NCBI GenBank assembly: GCA_963765675.1 | Contig: CAVXXK010000001.1 | Location: 64,001-128,000 of the forward strand | DNA: 64,000 nucleotides | From: an uncultured delta proteobacterium | GTDB taxonomy: Bacteria; Desulfobacterota; Binatia; Binatales; Binataceae | Reading direction: 5' to 3' | Shown: in pieces, positions 42,683 to 55,788 of the stretch | Numbering within the stretch: the stretch's first letter is position 1 | Layout of the letters: each line of letters opens with the position of its first letter | Notes under the pieces: generated by a model | Told to the model about the DNA's origin: nothing | The model's database searches: none | The model's input: the letters and a program-made list of their open reading frames with translations, nothing else | Program-made: the position numbers and the translations under genes

Positions 42683-42913
42683 TCACCTCTGTGGCCGGCG
42701 CACATCCTGTCTGACCGGGCTTAAAAAGATTCCGTGTGCCCGCAAATCCTTAAAAACAGAATATGCATAGAGCAGAAACCCGAGGCCGAACAAAGGAACG
42801 CCAAAAAAGAAAAACAGGCACATCGTGATCGGTGTGGTCTCGACAATGCACGGGACCGCGAGCAAAAACCCAAGGCCAGTAGAAATCAGGGCGGATTCTA
42901 TCAGCGTTGGCAT
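42683..42913 (-). CDS. Small two-TM membrane protein at the end of the cytochrome operon
   Basis: 76 aa, hydrophobic, starts 4 bp after the napC-like stop. Confidence 0.55.
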   Translation of the reverse strand: MPTLIESALISTGLGFLLAVPCIVETTPITMCLFFFFGVPLFGLGFLLYAYSVFKDLRAHGIFLSPVRQDVRRPQR

Positions 42914-42917
42914 ATGC

Positions 42918-43406
42918 TTATACCTGTGGTGTGTGAATCGGCTGGTGGCACGTAACGCAGCTAAGTTGATTAGCCAGAAGCGGCTTCATCACCGCCGCGT
43001 GCGCAGGATTGGTTCTGAAGTTTTCCGCCGGACCGTGGCATTGGAGGCAGTTTGCGTTCGGGAAAGGCTTGTAGAGCTTAATTTGTTTCGGCATTTCTAT
43101 GAAACCATAATAAGTCGCCACGTGCCCCATACTTAAAGCTTGGTTTAATCGGCCCATGAAGCCGTAATCGGCATGGCAGGTATAGCATTGATCATTAAGG
43201 ATCCAGCGATTGCGGAAATGCATCGCGGCTAAGGACTTGCTCTTCGGATTGTGCAGATCGGCCATCCAGGGCGTCATAGTATGGCAATCAGCACAAAAGG
43301 TTACGTGTGCAGCCCGCTGGAAGGAGAGCGCAAAAGTGGCGAGTCCAACCAGGGCCGGGGCGACTCCAAGAACAATCAGTAGCAATAGTTTTTCTCGTGT
43401 ATCCAC
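42918..43406 (-). CDS. NapC/NirT/CymA-like tetraheme cytochrome c
   Basis: N-terminal TM anchor plus CADCH, CYTCH, CLQCH and CVTCH. Confidence 0.8.
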   Translation of the reverse strand: MDTREKLLLLIVLGVAPALVGLATFALSFQRAAHVTFCADCHTMTPWMADLHNPKSKSLAAMHFRNRWILNDQCYTCHADYGFMGRLNQALSMGHVATYYGFIEMPKQIKLYKPFPNANCLQCHGPAENFRTNPAHAAVMKPLLANQLSCVTCHQPIHTPQV

Positions 43407-43431
43407 CGGATGACGACGCCGGGTCGCCCGC

Positions 43432-43797
43432 TCAGGAACCGAAGTGCTTCAAGTAGGCGACCAGATCCTTCACTTGGTCGTCGCTGAGATCGGGAAATGC
43501 CGGCATTACCGGCGACTCGCTTACCGCTTTGCCGCCCTCTTTATCGATTTCGCAATCCAGGCGTCGGATTTGCCTTTTAACGACACGGCGAAGTCCGCAG
43601 GCGCCGGCTTCAAATATTTGCCAGCGGGACCGTCACCTTTGCCGCTGGTTCCATGACAGCCAGCGCAATGCTGGTATATAGCGCAGCCGCCGTTTGAGCG
43701 TCCGACTGTGGAGCCACGAGCAGGGTCACTACAAATGCCGCAAGTGTCATCGATAGAAACCGGGAGAAAGTTTGTTCGCAATCAATGATCTCCCCAT
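43432..43797 (-). CDS. Periplasmic monoheme cytochrome c (frameshifted)
   Basis: Signal-like leader, CAGCHG..GKGDGP and distal VMPAFPDLSDDQVKDLVAYL. Confidence 0.75.
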
Positions 43798-43841
43798 GCT
43801 TGTTGATTATGCGGATATTTTTCCGTGCGTGACCAACATTC

Positions 43842-46180
43842 TTAAAAACGATACTTCAGGGCTATATATCCGGCGTTGCCGGTGTATGGTGTCCAGGAGG
43901 TGCGCCAACAAAGGTCGAATAGGGCGACGCGCTTCCCATCCACGACTTCAGATTGTCCCAGGCGAAGTCATTCTCGCCGAAGTGGTTAAAGTAGTAGCCC
44001 AAATTGAGGCTCATATTTTTTTTGAGCGGGTACTGGTATTGGAGGATGAGTTCCTCAAACGTAGTTCCAATGTTTGGAAACGAGTCGCCGGCCCAAGCGC
44101 CGCGTCACCGTTGGCGTGAGTTAGATCGGTGCTAACGGCGTAGGTGAACTTGACACTTAGCTTGGACTTGTTTTTCAGGAGCTGCGCGCCTTCGACCAGT
44201 AACGGTGGCAACGTGGTCTCGATTCCGAGATCGACTGAGCTGCCTTGATCACGGCCATAGCTGGTCCACACCTGTGCCGGACAGTTTTGGGAGTCTGGGA
44301 ATCCGGTGCCGCGGCCGGGCAGGCAGGCTCGATCGGATTGGCTGCGTAGGCTCGCGCTGCATTCCCGCCATATTCCAGTCCGTAGCTTGCCAACTATAAT
44401 TGACGAAGAGATTGAAATCATCGCTCGGCTGATACGTAACTCCGACCGATGGAGTGTAATCCGACGAGTGTTGCAGGCCGATTTCTGACGACGGATAGCG
44501 GTAGTCGTCATAATCCATCGCCGCACTAACGCTGATACTGTTCAGCTTGGGGTTCTCTGAACTGTGAAACGGATGAAACGAGCCGGATAGATTAAATTGG
44601 TTCACATGAACGGATGCTTCATCGAATCGGCGCAGATCGGCGAGCTCGGTACTTCCGCTATCCTGCTCGACCAGCGAAGTTCGGTTATTGTTGTAACCTG
44701 GCGAGTCGCGGTTCGCGTACTGGTAACTACTGTGGAATTCGAGCCAGTCGGAGGGCGTCCAATCGAGCAACGGACCGTAGGAAGTGGTGTTCTGTTGCAG
44801 CACCATCAGCCCGCTATTGTAGCAGTGTCGATCCTACCCACCAAGCGTGCCGCGAGGGTCGGAGTAATCCGATAACTCGCGCTCAGGTCGATGTTCTGGT
44901 CTGAGAATGAGAATGGGAACGCAGTCGCCGTGAAAGTGCCGGGACGTCATTCAGCGAGGTGATGTCCTTGAACGTGATCTTCGGATCCTGGTTGTTGTAG
45001 TCGTAATAACTGTAGGTACCCCTCAGTTCCAGTGGTTCAGTCGGATTGCTGACCAGCGTTGCGTTGGCAAAGAATGGCTGCACGTCGCCACCGAGACTGC
45101 TCTGCGGCAGCCTCTGGGACGGCAGTACCGAGTTTGCGGTGTACGGAATGAAGCTCTGATTCTGCAGCCACCAGCCGTATGACACACTGCCCATCGCGCG
45201 CGTGTTGAGAGGCAAGGTCACGCCGCCATCGACCGTGAAGGTATGCGCTTGGTTGTCCGGGTAGAGCTGCATTCGGCCCGTGCATGGTCCGGTTCCACCG
45301 GATGGCGAATAAGTGGCGGAGCTGGTGCAGGCGCCGGTCGGCGAAAGCTCGCCCCACACATCCGGATTCGACCAGGTCAGAACGGAGTCCTGATTCTTAA
45401 AGAACGACCCATTGTATTTCGCACCAAGCGTCCACCAATCGGCCGCGTACTCGACCCCGACTCCATAGTTGTAGATATCATAGTTGACGGGCTGGGATAC
45501 CTGCGAAATGTTGTAGCTTCCGGGGCTGGGGCCGAACATCGTACCGAACGCGTGATCACTGCCGCTCGGATTCTGGAAGTTGAACTGGGCGGTATAGGTC
45601 CAGTGCGGATCAGGCGTATAGCGAACGTTCAGATTCGCGACGCCGTCAAGCAGGCTCATCGCCGTCGGATTCGCGACCTCATTTACCCAGGTGCCGATGT
45701 TCTTTCCCGGCGGCTCGCCGGCCGTCGGAGGCGGCGGATGCGAACCCAGACTGAAATTACTGCCCTTCTGACTATACGCCGTCGAACCGATTCGTCGCTA
45801 AGATAATGCGGCATGTCGAGATACTGCACCTGGATATCGAGCAGGCCATAAACTCCTGCGTGTAGATTGTACATCTGGTTAGTCTGTCCCAGGTTGTAGG
45901 AACGAAAATTGGCGAAGATCCGGTCGTCGCTCTTAACGCCAAGGAGCAGGTGTAGTTCGGGAGCGATGACCTGCTGTGCCATGTCACTATACTCGCGATA
46001 CTTCGCGACATTGGTATCGGGAACCGGCTGTGGATAGGCGCCTACCTCCGCGGAGCCTTGCATGGTAACCGCTCCCAAGGTCGTCTGCGCGCCTGCGTCG
46101 CGCGAAGCCGCTAACACTGACACAAGCAAAACTGGGAGCACGACTGATACGACGAGCGCGTGATTCATCAAGTCTCTCAT
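43842..46180 (-). CDS. MtrB/PioB/MtoB-family outer-membrane beta-barrel (several frameshifts)
   Basis: Signal peptide, AKYREY.D, PDNQAH, LRRFD and C-terminal LKYRF*; directly follows the decaheme gene. Confidence 0.82.
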
Positions 46181-46211
46181 TGTGCCTACCTCGAGTTCAC
46201 TTCCGTCGCCT

Positions 46212-47288
46212 CTATCGGGTGAAGAACAGGCCTCCCGGTGAGTTCGAGCCATGGATGTTCGCGTGACAGTTGGTGCACGCATGTCCGAACACAAAAACCG
46301 TACCCGCGCCGGCAGGTGTCCCGGGATGATAGGTGCCGACGTGGCACTGCTGGCACAGCCGCGGCGGCGAGACTTTCAGCAGGAACATGTTGGTCGAGCC
46401 GTGAGGGTCGTGGCAGTTGTCGCAGTTCTGCAAGACCGGCGGATGGGCCCACAAAAACGGCCCGCGCTTCTCGGCATGACAGGTGTAACAGACTTCGTTA
46501 ACTGTCGGCTGTACCAGTTGATGCTGATAGGGACCGCCATGAGGGTTGTGACAGTCCGTGCAGACCATCAGCCCCTCGCGCAGCGGCATGTGCGACGGCA
46601 TGTTCATCTGATTCTGCTTGTCGAGGTGGCACCTGAGACAGACTTGAGTTTCGGGCCGCGTGTACATGAACGGGTTGGCGCGGAACTCGGCGGCCAGCTG
46701 ATAATCAGAGGTCTTGTGCATGACCACGTGGCAGTCCACGCACTTGACGCCTCGGAAAGCGTGCATACTGGCTTGCCAGAAGGCCTGGTCGCCCTTCTGG
46801 TGACAAGTGAGGCAGGCGCTATTCTCGCGCGCTTGCGATTCACCTGAGTCGGGCCGGAATGTGATCAGCGTCGCTTCCGCCGGCGGCCCATGCATCGCTT
46901 GTTCAGGGGTCGCGCCCTTGCCCATTGCCGCCGCCATTTCGGGAACGTACAGGCTACCCGGCCCATGGCACGATTCGCATCCGTGCTGCTCGGCGGAATC
47001 CCGCGGATGCTTGATCAGGATGTTGCCCATCATCGTGTCGCTGAACGCATGCGTGGCGGCTTGATGGCATCCCTCGCAAGCCCTGCTGCCGACATAATTT
47101 GCAGTTACTGCGCTTGCTCCGGGAACCTGCGATTGAGAAGACTCGGCCATCGAGGGCGCCGCCGACGATGCTGCAGATGGCTGCGATGAGTCAGCCGCGG
47201 TTGCGGTCCCGCGGTAAAGGATCGCCAGCGCCAGCGCAGCCGCCCAGACCAGTATTCGAAGGCGCGATCCGTTGAGTAGGATGATCAT
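46212..47288 (-). CDS. DmsE/MtrA/PioA/MtoA-family decaheme cytochrome c
   Basis: Ten CxxCH motifs, EKRGPFLWAHPPV and the IHGSNSPGG.FF.R terminus. Confidence 0.95.
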   Translation of the reverse strand: MIILLNGSRLRILVWAAALALAILYRGTATAADSSQPSAASSAAPSMAESSQSQVPGASAVTANYVGSRACEGCHQAATHAFSDTMMGNILIKHPRDSAEQHGCESCHGPGSLYVPEMAAAMGKGATPEQAMHGPPAEATLITFRPDSGESQARENSACLTCHQKGDQAFWQASMHAFRGVKCVDCHVVMHKTSDYQLAAEFRANPFMYTRPETQVCLRCHLDKQNQMNMPSHMPLREGLMVCTDCHNPHGGPYQHQLVQPTVNEVCYTCHAEKRGPFLWAHPPVLQNCDNCHDPHGSTNMFLLKVSPPRLCQQCHVGTYHPGTPAGAGTVFVFGHACTNCHANIHGSNSPGGLFFTR

Positions 47289-47814
47289 GGGTCTTCGCAG
47301 ACCTTCTTCTGCGAATCGCGCAGGTTTCGCCACTGCGCAGTCCCTTGGAGCTACCTTCCTATCGCGGCACACTTTACGTTGAGCATAGGTTGGCCAGCCA
47401 AGCTGGCGCGATTCCGGACGGAGCATGACTTCTTAACCCGTTGCCCGCGTCCCTCATCCCGACTCGCCTGGCGCAGCGGCCGTTCCCAGTTGTCGTGGAT
47501 GATCTCTCCGGGAGGCTAAGAGCGGACGCCGGCGGCCATCTGGGAGCGGCCACTGCTTCATCGGTCATGAAATAGGCCAGCAGCGCTGTGATGTTCTCGG
47601 CATTCATCAGGCATGCCGGACATATTGATCAGATGCTGGATCCCCAGTGCCGCACGGCTGACCGAAACCGCGCCGCTCGGATTAAGACCCGCCGCAGGTA
47701 TCCCCCCGAAGGTGACGCACGTGCCGAGCGCGCTCGCGCGCAGAAGTGACTCTGCTCTTTTTCCCCCCGTCAAGTTCCAGACCCCGAGGATCAAAGAGAG
47801 TCAGCTTGGGATGA

Positions 47815-48010
47815 CTACCCAGTCGTCGCGCGCAATTCTTTGAACTCATTTTCCGCCTTCAGCCAATCGTCAAGCTCGTTGCCCGGTCCCTCATTACGGC
47901 AGATATATTTCGTAGGCGCGCTTACGAATCTCGTCTTCCGTTGGCCCCGCCTTCTTTCCCACGACCGGTTGTTGATTGTCCTCTTTTTTCTCTGCCGATC
48001 TGGTCTCCAT
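47815..48010 (-). CDS. DUF2934 protein (frameshifted)
   Basis: EDEIRKRAYEIY...G.ELDDWLKAE. Confidence 0.7.
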
Positions 48011-48413
48011 CTCCTATCCGATGCGTAAGTTTCTGTAGACGCACAGATGACTTGTGAGCAAACGCCTTCCGCGCCAGATCCTTTAAATAGTGCGAAAGAG
48101 CGCGCACGACCTCTGATAGTGCGCCGTCACTAAATTCATCTCCTCCGTCACGTGATCTACGGGCCATGTTCTGTTAATAAAAAAGTTATGTTCAAGGCCG
48201 ATTTTGTTACATCGGGAACGAACATCCGGTTGTTTTCTCGCAGGGAATGTCATTACATCCGGGCGACCGCACTCGACTCCGGCGATTTGAAAAGCTGATA
48301 TAGACCTAAAGCGCAGCGAGATCTTATTCAATCTTCGTAATCATGCCACCACACTCCTCACGCGACTCATCAATCAGGCAGAGTTCGGCCTCACCTTCCC
48401 CAAACCTCGCGCA

Positions 48414-49091
48414 ATGAGCGCTCAAGATTTGGGTAAATTGCAAGGGCTGGCCGGCCTTTCGTTACGCAAATTGGAAGCGTTACGCGCAAGGATGAGAATT
48501 CGTCAGTTTTCCAGACACTCGATCATCTATGAAGAAGAATCAGGAAGCGGCGTGTACGTCCTGCTCTCGGGCATCGCCCGCCTTATCTATCGCAATCGAA
48601 AGCGGGAACGCAACCTGCTCGAGGTGCTGGGACCCGGCGATGTGATCGAGATTCCATCGTTGTTGCCCGATATTCATCACAGACTCTCCTGCGAGACGTT
48701 CACCGATTGTCAAATTGGGCTGATAAGCCCAAGCGAGCTGGTGGAGGGCGTCATAGGGATTCCATTCCGGGAGTTCAGCGAGGCCCTCAATTTGACGGTC
48801 GGCCGCTGGTGGACGCTTCTGGAGCGCCATTCAAATTTTCTCAGCCAAACCGTTCGAGAGAGAATTGCGATCGCCTTGCTCGACCTCGGCCGCAAGCTCG
48901 GTCAACAAGACGATCGCGGGATGATCATAAATCTCGGCCTAGGTGTTCAGGACATCGCGGACCTGGTGGAATGCTCGCGGCCGAAAGCGAGCGAGTGCCT
49001 CAAGAAGCTCGTTGCCGAAGGCGTCGTGATGCGGGAACGCCGCTGTCTCATCATCGATTCGGAGAAAATTAAGGCTAGCCTGCGATCCTGA
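48414..49091 (+). CDS. Crp/Fnr-family regulator
   Basis: cNMP-type domain (VYVLLSG..R, LGPGD) and HTH QDIADLVECSRPKASECL. Confidence 0.88.
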   Translation: MSAQDLGKLQGLAGLSLRKLEALRARMRIRQFSRHSIIYEEESGSGVYVLLSGIARLIYRNRKRERNLLEVLGPGDVIEIPSLLPDIHHRLSCETFTDCQIGLISPSELVEGVIGIPFREFSEALNLTVGRWWTLLERHSNFLSQTVRERIAIALLDLGRKLGQQDDRGMIINLGLGVQDIADLVECSRPKASECLKKLVAEGVVMRERRCLIIDSEKIKASLRS

Positions 49092-49263
49092 GGATCAATA
49101 GCCAGCCAGCATCGGGAAGACTGTGGACGGTGCCCGCTGTTCGCCGGCGCAATGATGATAGGTTTTTTGCTGGTTAAGCATCTGTATGGCCGCCTACATG
49201 CAAGGCAAGCTCCTGCACGAATTATCTGTTGAGATGCAATGGCTCGGACGGTCGTGACCTGCT

Positions 49264-49302
49264 GCAAGCCGATCTCGATTCCGTTCCTGGTCGACTTCGA
49301 AC
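49264..49302 (+). repeat. 39-bp inverted copy of XRE repressor coding sequence (26511-26549)
   Basis: GCAAGCCGATCTCGATTCCGTTCCTGGTCGACTTCGAAC, 37/39 identical. Confidence 0.85.
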
Positions 49303-49465
49303 TCAAATTCGCCGTCAGTGGTTCTTTTTTTCGGCACGCCTGATGAATCAGAAGGCGAAGAATGGATCGACGAACAATTTCCGTCGCGTGGATTTTTTAA
49401 GACTCGCAACAATAACTACGGTCGGACCGAAATTGGAGCCACGAGCCGCTAGGAGGGTCTCAAAC

Positions 49466-49712
49466 GTGCTAATCAGGGAACTGACCAGGCATGAGTGTCT
49501 GGAACTGATGACCCGATCGCGTCTGGGAAGACTGGCGTGCGCCCACGAGACTCAACCATACATCGTGCCGATCTATTTCGCCTACGACAACGATTACCTA
49601 TATAGCTTCTCCACCGTCGGGCAAAAGATTCAATGGATGCAAGCTAACCCCAACGTCTGCGTCGAAGTAGACGAGGTGAAATCCGCAACAATGGATTAGC
49701 GTTGTAGTGTAA
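49466..49712 (+). pseudogene. Pyridoxamine 5'-phosphate oxidase-like flavin-binding protein, truncated at an A-run
   Basis: RLGRLAC....PYIVPI.F, GQKI.WM.ANP.VCVEVD; AGGAGG RBS. Confidence 0.75.
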
Positions 49713-50419
49713 AAAAAAAAAAAAAAAGCAGTTCCGTAGTAACCCAGCGATCGTGGGCAGTCATCCAACGCGATCGACAGAGACCAACAGCGACGAGCTA
49801 GCGCCAGAACGTCAACCGCTCATCGTCTAACTGCCGAAACCTGATCAAGGCGGTCGCAGCGAAGAGAGACGGACGTAACAATCAACGGCCTGCATGACGC
49901 GATCGGCTCCCGTCCATCAACTCAGAACGCCGCAATCAAGGGAACGAAACTCAAACGCGCGGAATGTTATATGTCGGATCGAACACGCCAGTCGAGGGAG
50001 CCGACGGAGCTCTTCCACAGCCACCCACGCCGGACAAAGACCGGCTGCCACGGTTCCGCGACTGATCCGGACGCCCAACCGCAGTCGCGTCCGCGCAATT
50101 CAGCTCGAGCCAATCGCTGCGCGAGCCGTACTACTTCAATCGTGGGGCCGGACTCCCATGCTTACTTGAACCGAAAATGCGGCTGCACTGCTATTTTCCA
50201 CAGGGAGATAAAACACGGTACGGTCGGTGGGCAGCGGATATGCGGGAACGCCCGTCGAGCAAGAAAGTCCGCCGGCGAATCCGGCGAGCAGCCGTGGCCA
50301 GAAGAAGGCCGCTCGAACGGACGCCCATCCTGACAGAAGTCGATGCGGCGAGACGATTCTTACAGTAGCGGCAGCGTTCCTGAGCGCATGCGGAGATTTG
50401 CGTGCATCCAGGTGGAGCA

Positions 50420-52010
<1,591 letters not shown>

Positions 52011-52420
52011 GCGAAATGAGTTCGGAAGGTGTCTGTCGTGATCCGTTCGTTCCACTCGGGAGATCACGCGTCTCATCCGGTTCCCCATTTGCGACTCGCA
52101 CAACTCTTAGTCTCGCCATCGCCGGCATCTCCTGGAACGGCGGTCGTAGATCAGCGAGCGACGCGTGCCGAGCATGCGTTCAGGGGAATCGAATAAGAGA
52201 ACGGCGAGGTTATCTACAGAACGAATGATGCCGATCGCAGACCGCGCCGAACATCGAATTTGCTAAGTTTCAAGTCTCAAACCTTCGCTGCGAGAACCGT
52301 GAACCGCTGAGCTCGCGTCGAGCAATGCTCGAAGACCACAATCAATTCGACAAGATCTCTCGTTAGCTCGCAACCTGAGTCAGTCTTCGCTGTGTGAGAG
52401 GAATTTGCAGGAGTCAAAAG

Positions 52421-53148
52421 ATGGCTACTGAGAAAGTCCTCAGCAGATACCAAGACTTTAACGACTCAAAAGACTCCGCGCAAAACAGGTCCAAGGAAAA
52501 TGCCGTGAAACCCAATGGGTCGAAGCCCAGCGTGGACGAGCTTCGCAGGCGCGCATACGAAATATTCAAGGCGCGCGAAGACTTGCAAAAGGCGGAGGCA
52601 GCCCCTTTACGCGGATGCGGTAAAGGCTGATGCGGCGAAACCGGACGCGCCCACGGCTCCATGCGGCCAAGCCCGACTCGCCCTGACAGATGAGGTCAAG
52701 GCTGATGCATCCAAACCTGATGTACCAAAGCCTGATCCGTCCAAGGTAGGTGTCGCTAAGTCCACCGGTTCGAAGCCCGACGAGGACGAGATTCGCAAGC
52801 GCGCCTTCGAAGTGTTCAAGGCTCGCCAGGGCGGCAGTGCGCTCCAGGACTGGCAAAAGGCCGAGTCCTCGGTTACCGCCGAAGCGTCCAACAAGGACGA
52901 GCCAAGCCCGAGGCCGACAAGGCTGAAGGCCCTCAATCCGACGCGTCCAAGGCGAATGGATCCGAACCCGATACGGCTAAGGCTGACACCTCCAAGGCAG
53001 ACGGGTCGAAGGCCGATGCTCCCAAAGCTAACGGGACAAAGAAGCGGCCAAGGCCGACAGCTCCAAGGCCGACAGCTCCAAAGCTGATGCGTCCAAGGCG
53101 GATGCGCCTAAGGCAGATGGGGCAAAGGCAGACGCTTCTAAAGGTGCT
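52421..53148 (+). CDS. N-terminal extension of the H+-ATPase: two DUF2934-like motifs plus KADxx repeats (frameshifted)
   Basis: DELRRRAYEIFKAR and DEIRKRAFEVFKARQGGSALQDWQKAE; the last repeats are in frame with the ATPase. Confidence 0.6.
53048..53137 (+). repeat. Six degenerate 15-bp tandem units encoding KADxx
   Basis: CCAAGGCCGACAGCT x2 plus four variants. Confidence 0.85.
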
Positions 53149-55690
53149 GTGAAGGTACCGATTGATACCGGAACGATCGAGGAGGCGGTCACCAAGTTCA
53201 AGTCCAGTATCAAGGATGGGCTGACCCAGGAAGAGGCGGCGGCCCGGCTGAAGAAGGATGGTCCCAACGCCATCAAGGAAGTGCACATCAACCCGATCAT
53301 GCGGTTCTTGAAGTTCCTGTGGGGACCTGTTGCGTGGATGATCGAGATTGCGGCGGTACTCTCCGCAGTGGTTCGGCATTGGGAAGACTTTATCATGATC
53401 TTTTTCATGCTGGCGCTGAATGCAGTGGTCGGCTTCTGGGAGGAATACAAGGCCGACAACGAGATCGAAGCGCTGAAAAAGCATCTGGCAATGCATTCCC
53501 AAGTCCTGCGCGGCGGCAAGTGGAGCGAGGTCCCGGCCAAGACCCTGGTGACCGGCGACATCGTCATGATCAAACTCGGCAATGTCGTCCCCGCCGACAT
53601 GAAGCTGGTCGATGGTGACTACCTCAGCATCGATCAGTCGGCGCTGACGGGCGAGTCACTGCCGGTTGAAAAGAAGAAAAACGACGTCGCGTATTCAGGA
53701 TCAATCGTGAAAATGGGCCAAATGAATGGGCTCGTCACCGCCACCGGAATGAACACGCTCTTCGGCCGCGCCGCAAAGCTGACTGAGAGCGTTAAGACTG
53801 TTTCCCACTTTCAGAAGGCAGTCCTCAGGATCGGCAATTTCCTGATTCTGATTACCATTGGCCTCGTCGCATTGATCCTTAACGTCTCGCTATTTCGCGG
53901 CGACCCATTGGTTCAAACCATACTCTTTGCCCTGATTCTTACCGTAGCCGCAATACCGGTCGCCTTGCCGGCCGTTCTGTCCGTGACGATGGCCGTCGGC
54001 GCGTCCGTGCTCGCTAGAATGAAGGCTATCGTCTCTCGCCTGGCCTCGATCGAAGAGATGGCCGGCATGGATATTCTCTGCTCGGATAAGACCGGCACCC
54101 TCACTAAGGACGAGCTCGAATTGGGCAGCCCGGTTGTTTACAAGGCAAGCAACGAACAGGACCTGGTTCTGGCCGCGTGTTTGGCCTCGCCAGCGAACGG
54201 CCGGGATGGGATCGACGATGCCGTAGTCAAGGGTCTCACCGATCAGTCGGCGCTAAAGGCCTATCAAATCACTCATTTCACCCCGTTCGATCCGGTCAGT
54301 AAGCGAACCGAAGCCGAGGTCAAACACGGCAACGGCACTTTCAAAGTTTCGAAGGGGGCGCCGCAAGTAATTCTGGCTCTGGTCCATCCAGACGCGGAGA
54401 TGCGTAAAAGAGCTGAAAAGCAGGTCAACGATCTGGCCAAAAAAGGCTTCCGTACGCTTGGCGTGGCGCGTACCGATGCCCAGGGAAAGTGGGAATTACT
54501 TGGACTGCTGTCTCTGTCCGATACGCTCCGCGACGATTCGGCCTCGACTATCGCGGACGCGCGTAAAATGGGACTGCAGGTGCGCATGGTTACCGGCGAC
54601 AACCTTGCGATTGCTCAGCAGGTATCGCGCGAGCTCAAACTGGGGCCGAACATCGCAGTCGCCAGCCAGCTTTTTCCTGACGGCAAAGCGGATAATACCG
54701 ACAAGATAGACGCGGCCGACGGTTACGCAGAGGTTTTCCCCGAGCATAAATTCAAAATCGTCAAGGCCCTTCAGGCCGGTGGCCATATCGTCGGAATGAC
54801 CGGCGACGGCGTTAACGACGCTCCGGCGCTCAAGCAGGCCGATTGCGGCGTTGCGGTCAGCGGCGCGACCGACGCCGCTCGTGCAGCCGCAGACCTGGTG
54901 CTCACGGCGAAAGGCCTTTCCGTCATCACCGCTGCCATTTCAGAAGCGCGCAAGATCTTCGAGCGCATGAACAGCTACGCAATCTACCGGATCGCCGAAA
55001 CTATCCGCGTCCTGCTCTTCATGACGCTCGCAATTGTGGTGTTCAACTTCTACCCGGTAACCGCGGTCATGATCGTGATCATCGCGGTGCTCAACGACTT
55101 TCCGATCATGATGATCGCCTACGACAACACGATCGTCGCTCCGCGCCCGGTGCGCTGGGACATGGAACGCGTGCTGACGGTCAGCTCGGTGCTTGGCGTC
55201 TTGGGAGTGATCGCCGTATTCATCCTCTTCTGGATCGCGGAGAAATATTTACACATGCCCCGGCCCATGGTTCAGAGCCTCATGTTCCTGAAGCTCCTGG
55301 TCGCCGGACACCTGACCATCTACATCACGAGAAGCGCTGGAACTTTCTGGAGGCGACCATGGCCCAATTGGCGGCTGGTGGCTGCCTGCGAAACAACCCA
55401 GATCATAGGAACATTAGCCGCAGTTTACGGGTGGGGCATGACGCCACTGGGATGGAAGTATGCGCTGCTCGTATGGGGCTATGCGCTCGTATGGTTTTTC
55501 ATCAACGACATGGCGAAGGTTCAAGTTTACAAAATGCTGCATCTGGGGACCGCAAGCCATCAGCGCCATCTGGCAAGAGTCAACGCCAACCTTCATCCGG
55601 CCGCACAAGGCAAGCCGGCGAGCGACCGCTTAAGGGCAGCAGTTACTTCCGAAACTCAGCAACTGCGCAAGGATCGAATTAACCGTGAGT
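53149..55690 (+). CDS. Plasma-membrane proton-efflux P-type ATPase (P3A); end approximate
   Basis: DQSALTGES, IPVALP, LCSDKTGTLT, FTPFDPVSKRT, KGAPQ, GMTGDGVNDAPAL and YRIAET. Confidence 0.93.
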
Positions 55691-55788
55691 CTCGACGAAC
55701 GAACTGCATCATCCCGGAAGCTTCAACCGCGCAGCTTCCGCCTCACGCGCCTGCCTCGGCGCAGCCTCCCAAGTCAGCGTCGCCGTCG

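Noticed and set aside
53048-53137. Possible CRISPR-like array
   Set aside because: Contiguous 15-bp coding repeats without spacers; no cas genes or array seen in the window
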